Assembly (NCBI GenBank): GCA_027717985.1
Contig: JALLOO010000001.1
Location: 16,534-80,533, forward strand
DNA length: 64,000 bases
Direction: 5' to 3'
From: Patescibacteria group bacterium AH-259-L05
GTDB taxonomy: Bacteria > Patescibacteriota > Patescibacteriia > UBA2591 > UBA6264
In this document: one piece after another, positions 43,708 through 53,087 of the stretch
Layout of the letters: each line of letters begins with the position of its first letter
Numbering within the stretch: the first letter of the stretch is position 1
Made by a program: the position numbers and the translations under genes
Notes under the pieces: generated by a model
Database searches by the model: none
Told to the model about the DNA's origin: nothing
What the model saw: only the letters and a program-made list of their open reading frames with translations

Positions 43708-43884
43708 ATGAAGTTGATACTCTGTGTCAGTGCGGCGTGGATAGGTTTTGTAGGATTTATTGCATCGTTAGTTTTATTTGGGTTTGGGTATGTTGATATA
43801 GATCCACAACTAGGGAGTTCTATCATGCTCAGTTGTACTTGGTTGACTACCGTTAGCGCTGTAGTAGGTCTTTTCAAGCCCTAA
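43708..43884 (+). CDS. Small 2-TM membrane protein (58 aa)
   Basis: A GAGGAGG SD precedes ATG 43708. MKLILCVSAAWIGFVGFIASLVLFGFG.... Confidence 0.55.
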   Translation: MKLILCVSAAWIGFVGFIASLVLFGFGYVDIDPQLGSSIMLSCTWLTTVSAVVGLFKP

Positions 43885-43952
43885 CCGTCTACAAATGAAA
43901 AGCAAGGCGTGTAAGCCTTGTTTTTTTATAACAGTTTACTAATCTGAAATGT

Positions 43953-45497
43953 ATGACTGTTTCTATTTCCAAAATCAGTTTTTATTCTATTTTGTTTTTT
44001 ATATTCGGCATTGGGGCAGCCTCTTTTTTAAATATTCCTTTTTATGTATATATTCCTTTAGGCTTGGTGATTTTGATTCTTGCCCGCTTAGGTTTTTTTA
44101 AAAAAAAGTTAGGCGGGGTTTTATTTATTTTTTTCTGCCTCTTGTTTTTTATTTTAGGCGTAGTTCGCTATCAAATAAGCTTTCCAAAAATAAATGAAAA
44201 TCACGTCGCATTTTATAACGGTTCTAAAATTACATTTCAAGGAAAAGTAATTAAAGAACCAGATGAGCGTCTTGATAAAACAAAACTCACCATTGGAAAC
44301 ATCATACTTAAAGGTCCGACTTTTAAGTCGGTGAAGGGAAAAGTACTAGTCAATACACCATTGTATTCTGGATATGAGTATGGCGATATAGTAGAGATCG
44401 AATGTAAATTACAAGAACCTGGTGTTATCGATAGATTTAATTACCATGAATATTTAGCCCGGTATGATATTTATACAACATGTTATTGGCCAAAAATAAC
44501 TTTGGCTGAGAAAGAAAAAGGCTCTTTTCTATATTCAGCGCTTTTGTCAGTAAAAGCACGTGTGAAACATATTATTGATACGAATCTGAGCGAGCCGCAG
44601 TCCTCATTTATCTCTGCGCTTATTTTAGGATTGAAGCGATCAGTTCCACAACAAATGCGAGATTGGTTTGTTAACTCGGGGACCGCGCACCTATTAGCGG
44701 TTTCAGGACTGCATATATCTATTTTAACTAAGATGTTGATGATTTTTCTAGTAAGCACCTTATTGATCCGTCGCCAGCATGCATTTTGGCTTGTATTCGT
44801 TTTGATTAGTTTATTTGTACTATTAGCAGGTGCGCCAGCTTCAGCAGTACGCGCAGGTATTATGGGTCTTGCGTTGTTATATGCAGAAAAATTAGGGAGG
44901 CCATATTCATCAATGAGAATACTTTTGCTTGCCGCTGCGGCAATGTTATTGATTAATCCAAAATTATTAAAAGCAGATATTGGATTTCAATTGTCTTTTA
45001 CCGCAGTGCTCGGTCTTTATTTTTTATCTCCCTGGTTTAATTCTCATTTTAAGAATGTACCTAATCTTAGATTGATACCGATACGGCAGTATTTGTCTGC
45101 AACTCTTAGTGCACAAATATTTGTACTCCCTCTTATTTTATATTACTTTGGCAATTTTTCGCTTATTGCACCTATAGCAAATATTTTGATTTTATCCATA
45201 ATGCCGTTAGTTATGGCATTTGGATTTTTATTTGTTATATTCGGATTAATTCATACATGGCTGTCTTATATTATTTTGTGGCCATTATGGATGTTACTTA
45301 CCCTTGTAATCCTTGTTGCAAAAATAGGGTCGTCTATTCCCTACGCGTCATTTGTTATTAGTGGATTTCCTATAATTGCCCTTATTATATTATATGGGTT
45401 ACTTATATTTTGGGTAACCACCTTGTCATCCCGCGCGAAGCGCGGGATGACAATGAGGAGTGCGGAAAGACAAAAAAGGGATGACAAAGGGGAGTAA
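43953..45497 (+). CDS. comEC: ComEC/Rec2 DNA-uptake channel protein, membrane part only (DUF4131-like plus competence domain)
   Basis: Polytopic membrane protein with the hallmark GTAHLLAVSGLHISIL. The last ~27 codons (SSRAKRGMTMRSAERQKRDDKGE) are encoded by a family-A repeat cluster. Confidence 0.8.
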   Translation: MTVSISKISFYSILFFIFGIGAASFLNIPFYVYIPLGLVILILARLGFFKKKLGGVLFIFFCLLFFILGVVRYQISFPKINENHVAFYNGSKITFQGKVIKEPDERLDKTKLTIGNIILKGPTFKSVKGKVLVNTPLYSGYEYGDIVEIECKLQEPGVIDRFNYHEYLARYDIYTTCYWPKITLAEKEKGSFLYSALLSVKARVKHIIDTNLSEPQSSFISALILGLKRSVPQQMRDWFVNSGTAHLLAVSGLHISILTKMLMIFLVSTLLIRRQHAFWLVFVLISLFVLLAGAPASAVRAGIMGLALLYAEKLGRPYSSMRILLLAAAAMLLINPKLLKADIGFQLSFTAVLGLYFLSPWFNSHFKNVPNLRLIPIRQYLSATLSAQIFVLPLILYYFGNFSLIAPIANILILSIMPLVMAFGFLFVIFGLIHTWLSYIILWPLWMLLTLVILVAKIGSSIPYASFVISGFPIIALIILYGLLIFWVTTLSSRAKRGMTMRSAERQKRDDKGE

Positions 45498-45512
45498 GGG
45501 ATGACAAAGAGA
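45424..45512. repeat. Family-A repeat cluster (hairpin gtcatcccgcgc-gaa-gcgcgggatgac plus three extra right half-sites)
   Basis: 45425-45451 forms a 12-bp GC-rich hairpin, followed by gtgcggaaagaca, gggatgacaaagg and gggatgacaaaga. It spans the comEC stop. Confidence 0.8.
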
Positions 45513-45536
45513 GGAATCATTTAAAAATAAAGAGCA

Positions 45537-46418
45537 ATGAAAACAAAAAAGCATAACATTATTATTTATGCCGTAGGTGGGTTATTGATTGTTAGTCTTG
45601 TTATTGTTGGGTACGGGACTATTCTTGTTGATGTTCATCAACAAGGGAATTTGCGCGTTATTTTTTTAGATGTGGGCCAAGGCGATGCAATATTAGTTCA
45701 AACACCTGAGGGGAAAAATATTTTAATTGATGGCGGTCCAGATAAAAGTATTATTTATAAATTAGATTCATATATTCCCATTACTGATAGAACAATTGAT
45801 ATAATGATTGCAACGCATGCGGATCTCGATCATATAACAGGGCTGGCAGAGGTATTGTATCGATATGAGGTAAAATCTGTCTTAGATAATGGTCTCAAGG
45901 GATATACACCTGCATATTATCAATGGCAAAACTCGATAAGCGAAAAAAATATTTCAAGAGTCTCAGTTGATGCGCCACAGACTATTGTATTAGAAGACGC
46001 GCTTTTACTTCAATTTTTATGGCCTGATCAAGATAAAATGAGCGATGAAGAAGCTGATAGTAATTTTGCCTCAGTAGTTGTTAAATTACTATATGACGAT
46101 ACGAGTTTTCTTTTAACGGGTGATGCGACTATTGAGACAGAAGAGATATTGATTGTAAACAATACTGATTTAACCGCAGATGTATTAAAAGTAGGACATC
46201 ATGGTTCAAAATATTCTTCCAGTATTGAATTTATAAATGCAGTTAAGTCTGTCTATGGGATTATCTCTACTGGTGAAGATAATACGTTTGGTCATCCCAG
46301 TTTGCGGGCGTTGAAAAACCTGGAAGTAAGTGGTGCCCAGATCTTGCGTACAGATCAAGATGGTGATATACTATTTACATCCGATGGCAAGACGTTGCAC
46401 GTAAAAATACAAAAATAA
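45537..46418 (+). CDS. Membrane-anchored MBL-fold metallo-hydrolase (ComEC C-terminal beta-lactamase-like domain encoded as a separate gene)
   Basis: N-terminal TM segment, then VIFLDVGQGDAILVQ, ATHADLDHITG and VGHHGS motifs, as in the ComEC MBL domain. Confidence 0.8.
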   Translation: MKTKKHNIIIYAVGGLLIVSLVIVGYGTILVDVHQQGNLRVIFLDVGQGDAILVQTPEGKNILIDGGPDKSIIYKLDSYIPITDRTIDIMIATHADLDHITGLAEVLYRYEVKSVLDNGLKGYTPAYYQWQNSISEKNISRVSVDAPQTIVLEDALLLQFLWPDQDKMSDEEADSNFASVVVKLLYDDTSFLLTGDATIETEEILIVNNTDLTADVLKVGHHGSKYSSSIEFINAVKSVYGIISTGEDNTFGHPSLRALKNLEVSGAQILRTDQDGDILFTSDGKTLHVKIQK

Positions 46419-46433
46419 ATTAATAGAAAGATT

Positions 46434-47006
46434 ATGATTATTTCTGCGAAAAAAATAATTGAATTAAATAAAAAATACAATTTAATCGAAAATCTTGATA
46501 AACGGGAATTAACTCCGGAGGGGGTGGGCATTGATATACGAGTAGGCGAGGTATACAAATTAAAAGAAAAAGGATATTTAGGAGTTGAAAAAAGAAACAC
46601 TCCGGATGTTGAAAAAATCGCTGATATACATCGGGGAGATAAAAAAGTTATATTAAAACCGGGTGATTTTGTATTAATAAAAACAATTGAAAAAGTAAAC
46701 GTTCCTGGTAAAAAGATTGTAATTACAAAAGGTAGGAGTCCTGCACTTTTGATGTTAGATGTTTATCCGCGAACTACGTTACAGCGCAGCGGTATTTATT
46801 TGAGGGCTACGAAAATTGATCCTGGATATTTTGGGCAATTAATATTTGGTCTCGCAAATGTTGGAAACCAGACTTTTGAGTTTGAGCTTGGTGCGCGAAT
46901 TGCAAATCTGGTTTTTAAGGAAGTTGTAGGAGGATTAAGTAGGGCATATGAGGGCCAATGGCAAGATGGAAGGGTAAGTACTGATGGGATTGAGAAACAA
47001 ATATAA
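46434..47006 (+). CDS. dCTP deaminase / dUTPase-superfamily protein
   Basis: 190 aa. RTTLQRSGIYLRATKIDPGYFGQLIFGLANVGNQTFEFELGARIANLVF matches the Dcd/Dut beta-barrel motif pattern (S..R.G......iDPGy.G.l). Confidence 0.55.
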   Translation: MIISAKKIIELNKKYNLIENLDKRELTPEGVGIDIRVGEVYKLKEKGYLGVEKRNTPDVEKIADIHRGDKKVILKPGDFVLIKTIEKVNVPGKKIVITKGRSPALLMLDVYPRTTLQRSGIYLRATKIDPGYFGQLIFGLANVGNQTFEFELGARIANLVFKEVVGGLSRAYEGQWQDGRVSTDGIEKQI

Positions 47007-47024
47007 ATATTAACTACAGTTTTT

Positions 47025-48107
47025 ATGAAAGACTACCTAAAGGATTTTCCTTTATCCTTATCAAAAACTAAAATAGCTGGCTTGAATAAAACATTTAATT
47101 TATCTGATCCAAAAGAGCGAAGCAAATATTTTGAAGAAAAAGCAGGGAAAGAGATTAAAAAACTTAAAAACTATCTTCAGAATAATACTTTTATTGCCTA
47201 TTGGTTAGGAAAAAAGAATGCGGGAAAAGGGACCTATTCTAAGCTGATGATGGAGATATTTGGCAAAGACAAGATCGGACATATATCAATTGGCGATGTG
47301 GTACGGGCAGTTCATAAGGATATAGCTGATAACAATAAGAGAAAAGAACTTGTTGCTTATTTAAAAAAGCATTACCGCGGATATATTTCAGTTAATAATG
47401 CAATTGACGCACTGTTAGGGCGAAGCACCAAGTCTCTATTGCCTACTGAGTTTATATTAGCCTTGGTAAAACGAGAAATTGATACCATGCCAAGAAAAAC
47501 ACTTTTTATTGATGGTTTTCCTCGAAAACTTGATCAAATTTCTTATTCACTATATTTTAGAGATTTGATTAATTATAGAGAGGACCCAGATATTTTTGTG
47601 GTGATTGATATTCCTGAATCAGTAATTGATGAGCGCATGAAGTATCGGGTTGTGTGTCCGAAATGTCATACACCACGAAATGTAAAACTTTTTACCACGC
47701 AACATGTTGGTTATGATAACAAGACAAAAGAGTTTTATTTACTATGTGATAATCCAGAATGTAGAAAGACTCGTATGTATGCGAAAGAAGGCGATAATCT
47801 TGGTATTGAGGCGATTAGAGAGCGGCTTGAACTGGATGACCAATTAATTAAAAAGGTTTTTTCCCTACATGGCATTCCAAAGGTTTTGATACGAAATTCA
47901 ATTCCGGTTGAAACTGCAGGGCAGTTCGTGGATGATTATGAAATTACGCCAGAATATGTGTATGAGTTAGGCGGGAATAATAAGGTTAAGGTGGGAGAGA
48001 AGCCATGGATCATAAAAGATGATGACGGAAATGATGCCTATAGTTTACTCGCTCCGCCGGTAACAGTCTCATTAATTAAACAGCTTGCTCATATTTTAGT
48101 ATCGTAG
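47025..48107 (+). CDS. Divergent adenylate-kinase-family NMP kinase with long N- and C-terminal extensions (360 aa)
   Basis: WLGKKNAGKGTYSKLMMEIFGKDKIGHISIGDVVRA parallels Adk GxPGxGKGTQ...ISTGDxLRA. DGFPRKLDQ is present, along with a Cys4 LID-like CPKC...CDNPEC. A canonical adk lies at 60637. Confidence 0.6.
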   Translation: MKDYLKDFPLSLSKTKIAGLNKTFNLSDPKERSKYFEEKAGKEIKKLKNYLQNNTFIAYWLGKKNAGKGTYSKLMMEIFGKDKIGHISIGDVVRAVHKDIADNNKRKELVAYLKKHYRGYISVNNAIDALLGRSTKSLLPTEFILALVKREIDTMPRKTLFIDGFPRKLDQISYSLYFRDLINYREDPDIFVVIDIPESVIDERMKYRVVCPKCHTPRNVKLFTTQHVGYDNKTKEFYLLCDNPECRKTRMYAKEGDNLGIEAIRERLELDDQLIKKVFSLHGIPKVLIRNSIPVETAGQFVDDYEITPEYVYELGGNNKVKVGEKPWIIKDDDGNDAYSLLAPPVTVSLIKQLAHILVS

Positions 48108-48237
48108 ATATCCACATATCACTTTCTAACGGGGTTGACATACTTTTATAAATTTTGTTACAATTAATATTAATTCCAAAGGTCTATTTTTGTTATTGAT
48201 TACAAATTTATTAATTCATTAATTAAGAGAAATAATT

Positions 48238-49440
48238 ATGGCTAAAGAAAAATTTGAACGAACTAAGCCGCATATAAATGTAGGAACCATTGGCCATGTG
48301 GACCATGGTAAAACGACGTTAACCGCGGCAATACTAAAAACGCTCAAGCAGGCCGGCCATGTTGCTGATGAGCGAACGGTTGAGCAAATTGATAATGCAC
48401 CTGAAGAAAGAGAGCGGGGCATTACCATTGCATTGGCTCATGTTGAGTATGAAACAGATAAACGTCACTATGCGCATATTGATTGTCCTGGTCATGCAGA
48501 TTACATTAAAAATATGATTACCGGAGCTGCGCAAATGGACGGCTCTATTTTAGTAATCTCAGCTACTGATGGGCCTATGCCGCAAACCAGAGAGCACTTG
48601 CTGTTAGCTCGTCAGGTGGGCGTTCCCGCTATTGTGGTGTTTTTAAATAAAGTGGATATGGTTGATGACAAAGAGCTTGTTGATTTGGTAAAAGAAGAGG
48701 TTAAAGATCTGCTTAAAAAATATGAGTTTCCTAGTGATGAAGTTCCGATTATTGAAGGATCTGCATTAAAAGCACTTGAGTGCGGCTGTGGTAAAAAAGA
48801 GTGTAAAGTCTGTGGACCAATTCTTGAGCTGATTGGAGCACTTGATTCTTATATTCCTGAACCAAAGCGGGATACTGACAAACCATTTTTGATGCCGATT
48901 GAGGATATTTTCTCTATTGAGGGAAGAGGGACGGTGGTGACGGGTAAAATCGAGAGAGGTATTTTAAAATTAAATGATGAGATAGAAATTGTGGGCTTGC
49001 GCCCGACGCAAAAAACAGTAGTTACGGGTATTGAGATGTTTCGAAAGTCATTAGATGAAGGTATGGCTGGCGATAACGCCGGCATTTTGTTGCGTGGGAC
49101 AAAAAAAACAGATATAGAGCGTGGCCAAGTTATCGCCAAACCAGGAACCGTAACCCCGCATACTGAATATGAAGGGCAGGTATATATCTTGAGCAAAGAA
49201 GAAGGCGGCCGGCATACCCCATTTTTCACCGGATATAAGCCACAGTTTTATATCCGTACGACAGACGTAACCGGAGAAGCGGCCTTGCCTAAAGGAACTG
49301 AGATGGCGATGCCAGGCGATACACTTAATCTCAAGATCAAATTATATAAGCCAATTGCATTAGAAGAACAGCAACGATTTGCGATTCGTGAAGGTGGAAA
49401 AACAGTTGGCGCAGGCGTGGTTACTAAAATTAGCAAGTAA
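48238..49440 (+). CDS. tuf: Elongation factor Tu
   Basis: [43 protein letters not shown]. Carries a Cys4 insert ([11 protein letters not shown]) at 48781-48813. Confidence 0.97.
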   Translation: MAKEKFERTKPHINVGTIGHVDHGKTTLTAAILKTLKQAGHVADERTVEQIDNAPEERERGITIALAHVEYETDKRHYAHIDCPGHADYIKNMITGAAQMDGSILVISATDGPMPQTREHLLLARQVGVPAIVVFLNKVDMVDDKELVDLVKEEVKDLLKKYEFPSDEVPIIEGSALKALECGCGKKECKVCGPILELIGALDSYIPEPKRDTDKPFLMPIEDIFSIEGRGTVVTGKIERGILKLNDEIEIVGLRPTQKTVVTGIEMFRKSLDEGMAGDNAGILLRGTKKTDIERGQVIAKPGTVTPHTEYEGQVYILSKEEGGRHTPFFTGYKPQFYIRTTDVTGEAALPKGTEMAMPGDTLNLKIKLYKPIALEEQQRFAIREGGKTVGAGVVTKISK

Positions 49441-49549
49441 TAGATTGATTTATTAAGCCCCGAAGGGAATTTCCTTCGGGGCTGAACATAAACAAGGAAG
49501 TGTGCACGCGTTCGTTTTGAAGGACACGTGTCACCATTGTACTTTTTCA

Positions 49550-49912
49550 ATGGCGAAAAAAAAACAGACAATCAAGCAGAAAACATCTCAATCAAAAAAG
49601 GCTGATCATAAGCCGCGGATACGTATTAAGATTAAATCATATGATCATCGAGTGATTGATGAGGCATTAAAGAGCATTATTGAGTCGTTGTCGCATACCG
49701 GGGCGACTATTATTGGACCAATTTTTCTCCCGACCGAGAAGAAAAAATATACGGTATTGCGCTCGTCATTTGTGCATAAAGATTCACAAGATCAGTATGA
49801 AAAACGGGTCCATAAGCGGCTGATTGATATTGTTGATTTTGATCAGCAAACTATGGAAATATTAACCGGCTTAAATTTGCCTGCCGGCGTTGATGTTGAA
49901 ATTAAAATGTAG
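49550..49912 (+). CDS. rpsJ: 30S ribosomal protein S10 (120 aa, basic N-terminal extension)
   Basis: RIRIKIKSYDHRVIDEALKSIIES...VHKRLIDI...LNLPAGVDVEIKM. ATG 49550 preferred over the ORF-track GTG at 49502. Confidence 0.9.
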   Translation: MAKKKQTIKQKTSQSKKADHKPRIRIKIKSYDHRVIDEALKSIIESLSHTGATIIGPIFLPTEKKKYTVLRSSFVHKDSQDQYEKRVHKRLIDIVDFDQQTMEILTGLNLPAGVDVEIKM

Positions 49913-50130
49913 TATGCGTTATTCGTATACAATAACACGCTATTCAACCTTTATTGATAACCACTATGATATGGTGAAGTGTCAGCAAGGGTTTTATAGC
50001 ACATGTTGAGGTTTTAAAAATTCTCTGACAAACAAAACAACAATCTAGCTTATATTTTTTACAAAGCCGGGTTTTGGGAGAGAGAGCTATTGCCTTAGCC
50101 CGATTTTTTTTAATCTCTTATCCAGAAATT

Positions 50131-50754
50131 ATGGCATTTATATTAGGTAAAAAAGTAGAGATGAGTCAGAAATTTGTTGACGATATCGTTATTCCGGTAA
50201 CAATCATACAAGCCGGGCCTTGTTTGGTTACCCAAATAAGAACAAAAGATCCCCGTAAAGTTTCCACGATCCAGCGGGGTAGAAAAGACGGATATAATGC
50301 TATTCAGATTGGTTTTGAAAAATTAGATATCAGAAAAGTAAAAAAGCCTCAAAAATCCAAACCTTTTAGATATTTAAGAGAGTTTCAGGGAGATATTTCA
50401 AAATATAAAGCAGGGGATAAGATTGATGTAGATGTATTTAAAAAAGGAGATACAGTAGATATTTCAGGAGTTTCTAAAGGTCGTGGGTTTCAGGGCGTAG
50501 TAAAGCGATGGGGGTTTCACGGCGCTGACGCATCTCATGGGACCAAAGATCAAGAGCGTATGCCAGGATCTATCGGCGCAACAGGACCAGCACGAGTATT
50601 TAGAGGGAAAAAAATGCCTGGGAGAATGGGTGGTAAGCGAAAAACTATTAAGAATTTAGAAGTAATAGATGTTGATGCAAAAGAGAATTTGTTATTTGTT
50701 AAAGGCGCAGTGCCGGGTGCACGGAATAGTTTATTAGAAATTAAGTCAGTATGA
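50131..50754 (+). CDS. rplC: 50S ribosomal protein L3
   Basis: [15 protein letters not shown]...VTIIQAGPC...[20 protein letters not shown] 50131 matches the usual L3 N-terminus; the ORF-track start at 50074 does not. Confidence 0.92.
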   Translation: MAFILGKKVEMSQKFVDDIVIPVTIIQAGPCLVTQIRTKDPRKVSTIQRGRKDGYNAIQIGFEKLDIRKVKKPQKSKPFRYLREFQGDISKYKAGDKIDVDVFKKGDTVDISGVSKGRGFQGVVKRWGFHGADASHGTKDQERMPGSIGATGPARVFRGKKMPGRMGGKRKTIKNLEVIDVDAKENLLFVKGAVPGARNSLLEIKSV

Positions 50755-51395
50755 TGAAAGTTGATGTGTACAATCAAGAGGGAAATGTAGTCGGCAAACA
50801 AACATTAGATGCTGAGGTTTTTGGTGTTGAGATAAAGCCAGAAGTAATTCATCAGGTAGTAGTTGCGCTGCGCTCAAATTTTCACCATCCCTGGGCACAC
50901 ACAAAAACGCGCGGTGAGGTTCGCGGCGGGGGACGTAAACCATGGCGGCAAAAGGGAACGGGGAGGGCGCGTGTAGGATCCATTCGTTCCCCAATTTGGC
51001 GTGGCGGTGGGGTGACCTTTGGACCACGCAAAGAACGAAACTATTTTAAAAAAATCAATAAAAAACTAAAACGAAAAGTACTCTTGATGTGTCTTTCAGA
51101 CAAGGCAAAAGAAAAAAATATGTATGTATTAGATAAGCTAGAGATAAAAAATATTAAAACAAAGACATTTCATACGATTCTTAATAAGATAATTAAGGGT
51201 CTAGATAAGAAAAATAAAAAAATTCTTTTAGGATTAGATAAAAAAGACGAAACTATCATAAAATCAGCACGAAATATTAATGGCATTAAAACAATTCCCG
51301 TGAGCAATTTAAATGTTTTAGATCTGCTTCGCGCAGATTATTTATTAACCACGAAAAAAGGAATCAAGGCAATAGAAGAACATTTTAGTAAATAG
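50751..51395 (+). CDS. rplD: 50S ribosomal protein L4
   Basis: Position in the operon; [34 protein letters not shown]. Confidence 0.95.
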   Translation: MMKVDVYNQEGNVVGKQTLDAEVFGVEIKPEVIHQVVVALRSNFHHPWAHTKTRGEVRGGGRKPWRQKGTGRARVGSIRSPIWRGGGVTFGPRKERNYFKKINKKLKRKVLLMCLSDKAKEKNMYVLDKLEIKNIKTKTFHTILNKIIKGLDKKNKKILLGLDKKDETIIKSARNINGIKTIPVSNLNVLDLLRADYLLTTKKGIKAIEEHFSK

Positions 51396-51400
51396 TTTGT

Positions 51401-51928
51401 ATGTTATTTTTTAAGAAAAAATCTAAGCCTTCTGAGGAAAAGAAAAAACAGGTAGAAGAAAAAAAACCAGAGAAAGAGGCTGTAAAACAAGTAAAAGAAA
51501 AAGCTGGAAAAAAGCCGGAAATAAAAAAAGAACAAAAACTAGAAGAAAAGCCACAAAAAATATCAGCTGAGAAAGAAGATAAGCAAAAACCCCTAGCGGT
51601 ACAAGAGAAAAAGCCAACTCAGGCGTTGTCTAAAAAAGCAACAAGGATTGCTCCGCATGTTTTAGTTCGTCCTGTTATCACTGAAAAGGCAACATATGCT
51701 GAAGCGCGAGGAATATATACGTTTGAAGTAGTGCTGCGTGCGAATAAAATATCAGTAAAAAAGGCAATTAAAGAATTATATAATGTAGAGCCGGTTAAAG
51801 TGAGGATTATTCGTACGACAGGAAAGCAAGTACGCTACGGTCGTTCTGTGGGGAGAACAAAGAATAGGAAAAAGGCAATGGTATATCTTAAAAGTGATGA
51901 TAAAATAGAATTTGTAAGGAAACAATAA
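51401..51928 (+). CDS. rplW: 50S ribosomal protein L23 with an ~80-aa K/E/P-rich N-terminal extension
   Basis: The C-terminal ~95 aa (LVRPVITEKATYAE...YTFEV...KKAIKELYNVEPVKV) is L23. The N-terminal half is low-complexity (KKPEKEAVKQVKEKAGKKPE...). Confidence 0.9.
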   Translation: MLFFKKKSKPSEEKKKQVEEKKPEKEAVKQVKEKAGKKPEIKKEQKLEEKPQKISAEKEDKQKPLAVQEKKPTQALSKKATRIAPHVLVRPVITEKATYAEARGIYTFEVVLRANKISVKKAIKELYNVEPVKVRIIRTTGKQVRYGRSVGRTKNRKKAMVYLKSDDKIEFVRKQ

Positions 51929-51930
51929 AT

Positions 51931-52773
51931 ATGCTTAAAGTATATAAACCAACAACACCATCTCGGCGAAAAATGAGCGTTTTAGATAGTAAAGGGTTGA
52001 GTAAATCAAGGCCTCCTAAAAATTTGAGAAGCATTAAAAAGTATAAAGCCGGACGGTCAAAAGGAAGAGTTACGGTCCGCCATCAAGGAGGACAGCACAA
52101 ACGTTTTTATCGAAAAATTGATTTTAAACAAGATAAATTTGATATTGAAGGAAAAGTTACAAGTATTGAGTATGATCCTAATCGCACGTCACACATTGTA
52201 TTAGTGGTATATAAGGATGGAGAAAAACGATATATTATTGCACCTGGAGGGTTAGGCGTAGACAGTAAAATTTTGTCTTCGCAAAAGAAAATCGAGGTAC
52301 GTGTGGGTAATCGAATGCCGTTGAAATATATTCCGCTCGGGACACCTGTCCATAATATCGAACTTATGCAAGATCAAGGCGGGAAGATTGTGCGTTCAGC
52401 TGGCAGCGCAGCAATTCTTATGGGATTTACTAAGACATTTGCGCAGTTAAAGCTCCCTTCAACTGAAGTTAGACTTGTTTCATCTCAATGTTTGGCAAGT
52501 ATTGGGCGGGTAAGTAATCCTGAACAGCGATATATTCGGTGGGGAAAAGCAGGAAGAAGCCGTCATCGAGGAATTCGGCCTACCGTCCGCGGGAAAGCAA
52601 TGGCGCCGGTTGCGCATCCGCATGGCGGTGGCGAGGGAGGTTCTCCTATTGGATTAGTTCATCCAAAAACACCATGGGGAAAGCCGGCATTGGGGGTGAA
52701 GACGCGAGCTAAAAAAAAGTGGACTAATAAATATATTATTAAGCGGAGAATTAAAAAGAGAAAAAAGAAGTAG
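51931..52773 (+). CDS. rplB: 50S ribosomal protein L2
   Basis: GRVTVRHQGGQHKRFYR, MAPVAHPHGGGEG. Confidence 0.97.
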   Translation: MLKVYKPTTPSRRKMSVLDSKGLSKSRPPKNLRSIKKYKAGRSKGRVTVRHQGGQHKRFYRKIDFKQDKFDIEGKVTSIEYDPNRTSHIVLVVYKDGEKRYIIAPGGLGVDSKILSSQKKIEVRVGNRMPLKYIPLGTPVHNIELMQDQGGKIVRSAGSAAILMGFTKTFAQLKLPSTEVRLVSSQCLASIGRVSNPEQRYIRWGKAGRSRHRGIRPTVRGKAMAPVAHPHGGGEGGSPIGLVHPKTPWGKPALGVKTRAKKKWTNKYIIKRRIKKRKKK

Positions 52774-52776
52774 TAT

Positions 52777-53070
52777 ATGGCACGAAGTTTAAAAAAGGGT
52801 CCATGGGTTGATCCAAAATTACTTAAAAAAATATCCAGGCTCAAGCCAGGTGATAAAACTGTGATAAGGACCTGGTCGCGGAGCTCTACTATTGCACCAG
52901 AAATGGTGGGATTTACCATTGGTATTCATAACGGTAAGATACATATGCCTGTATTTATTGTAGAGAATATGGTTGGCCATAAGTTGGGAGAGTTTGCCCC
53001 AACCAGGAGGTTTACAAAACACGGTGGTAAAATACAGCGTCGACTTGAGGAATCTAAAAAAGAAAAATAG
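52777..53070 (+). CDS. rpsS: 30S ribosomal protein S19
   Basis: [18 protein letters not shown]...[13 protein letters not shown]. Confidence 0.97.
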   Translation: MARSLKKGPWVDPKLLKKISRLKPGDKTVIRTWSRSSTIAPEMVGFTIGIHNGKIHMPVFIVENMVGHKLGEFAPTRRFTKHGGKIQRRLEESKKEK

Positions 53071-53087
53071 CGTTTTAATTTTATGGT

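Noticed and set aside
49456-49483. The hairpin agccccgaagg-gaattt-ccttcggggct between tuf and rpsJ as an intrinsic terminator.
   Set aside because: The 11-bp stem is strong, but it is followed by gaacataaac and not a U-tract. It may attenuate or stabilise the transcript, but I do not call it a terminator.
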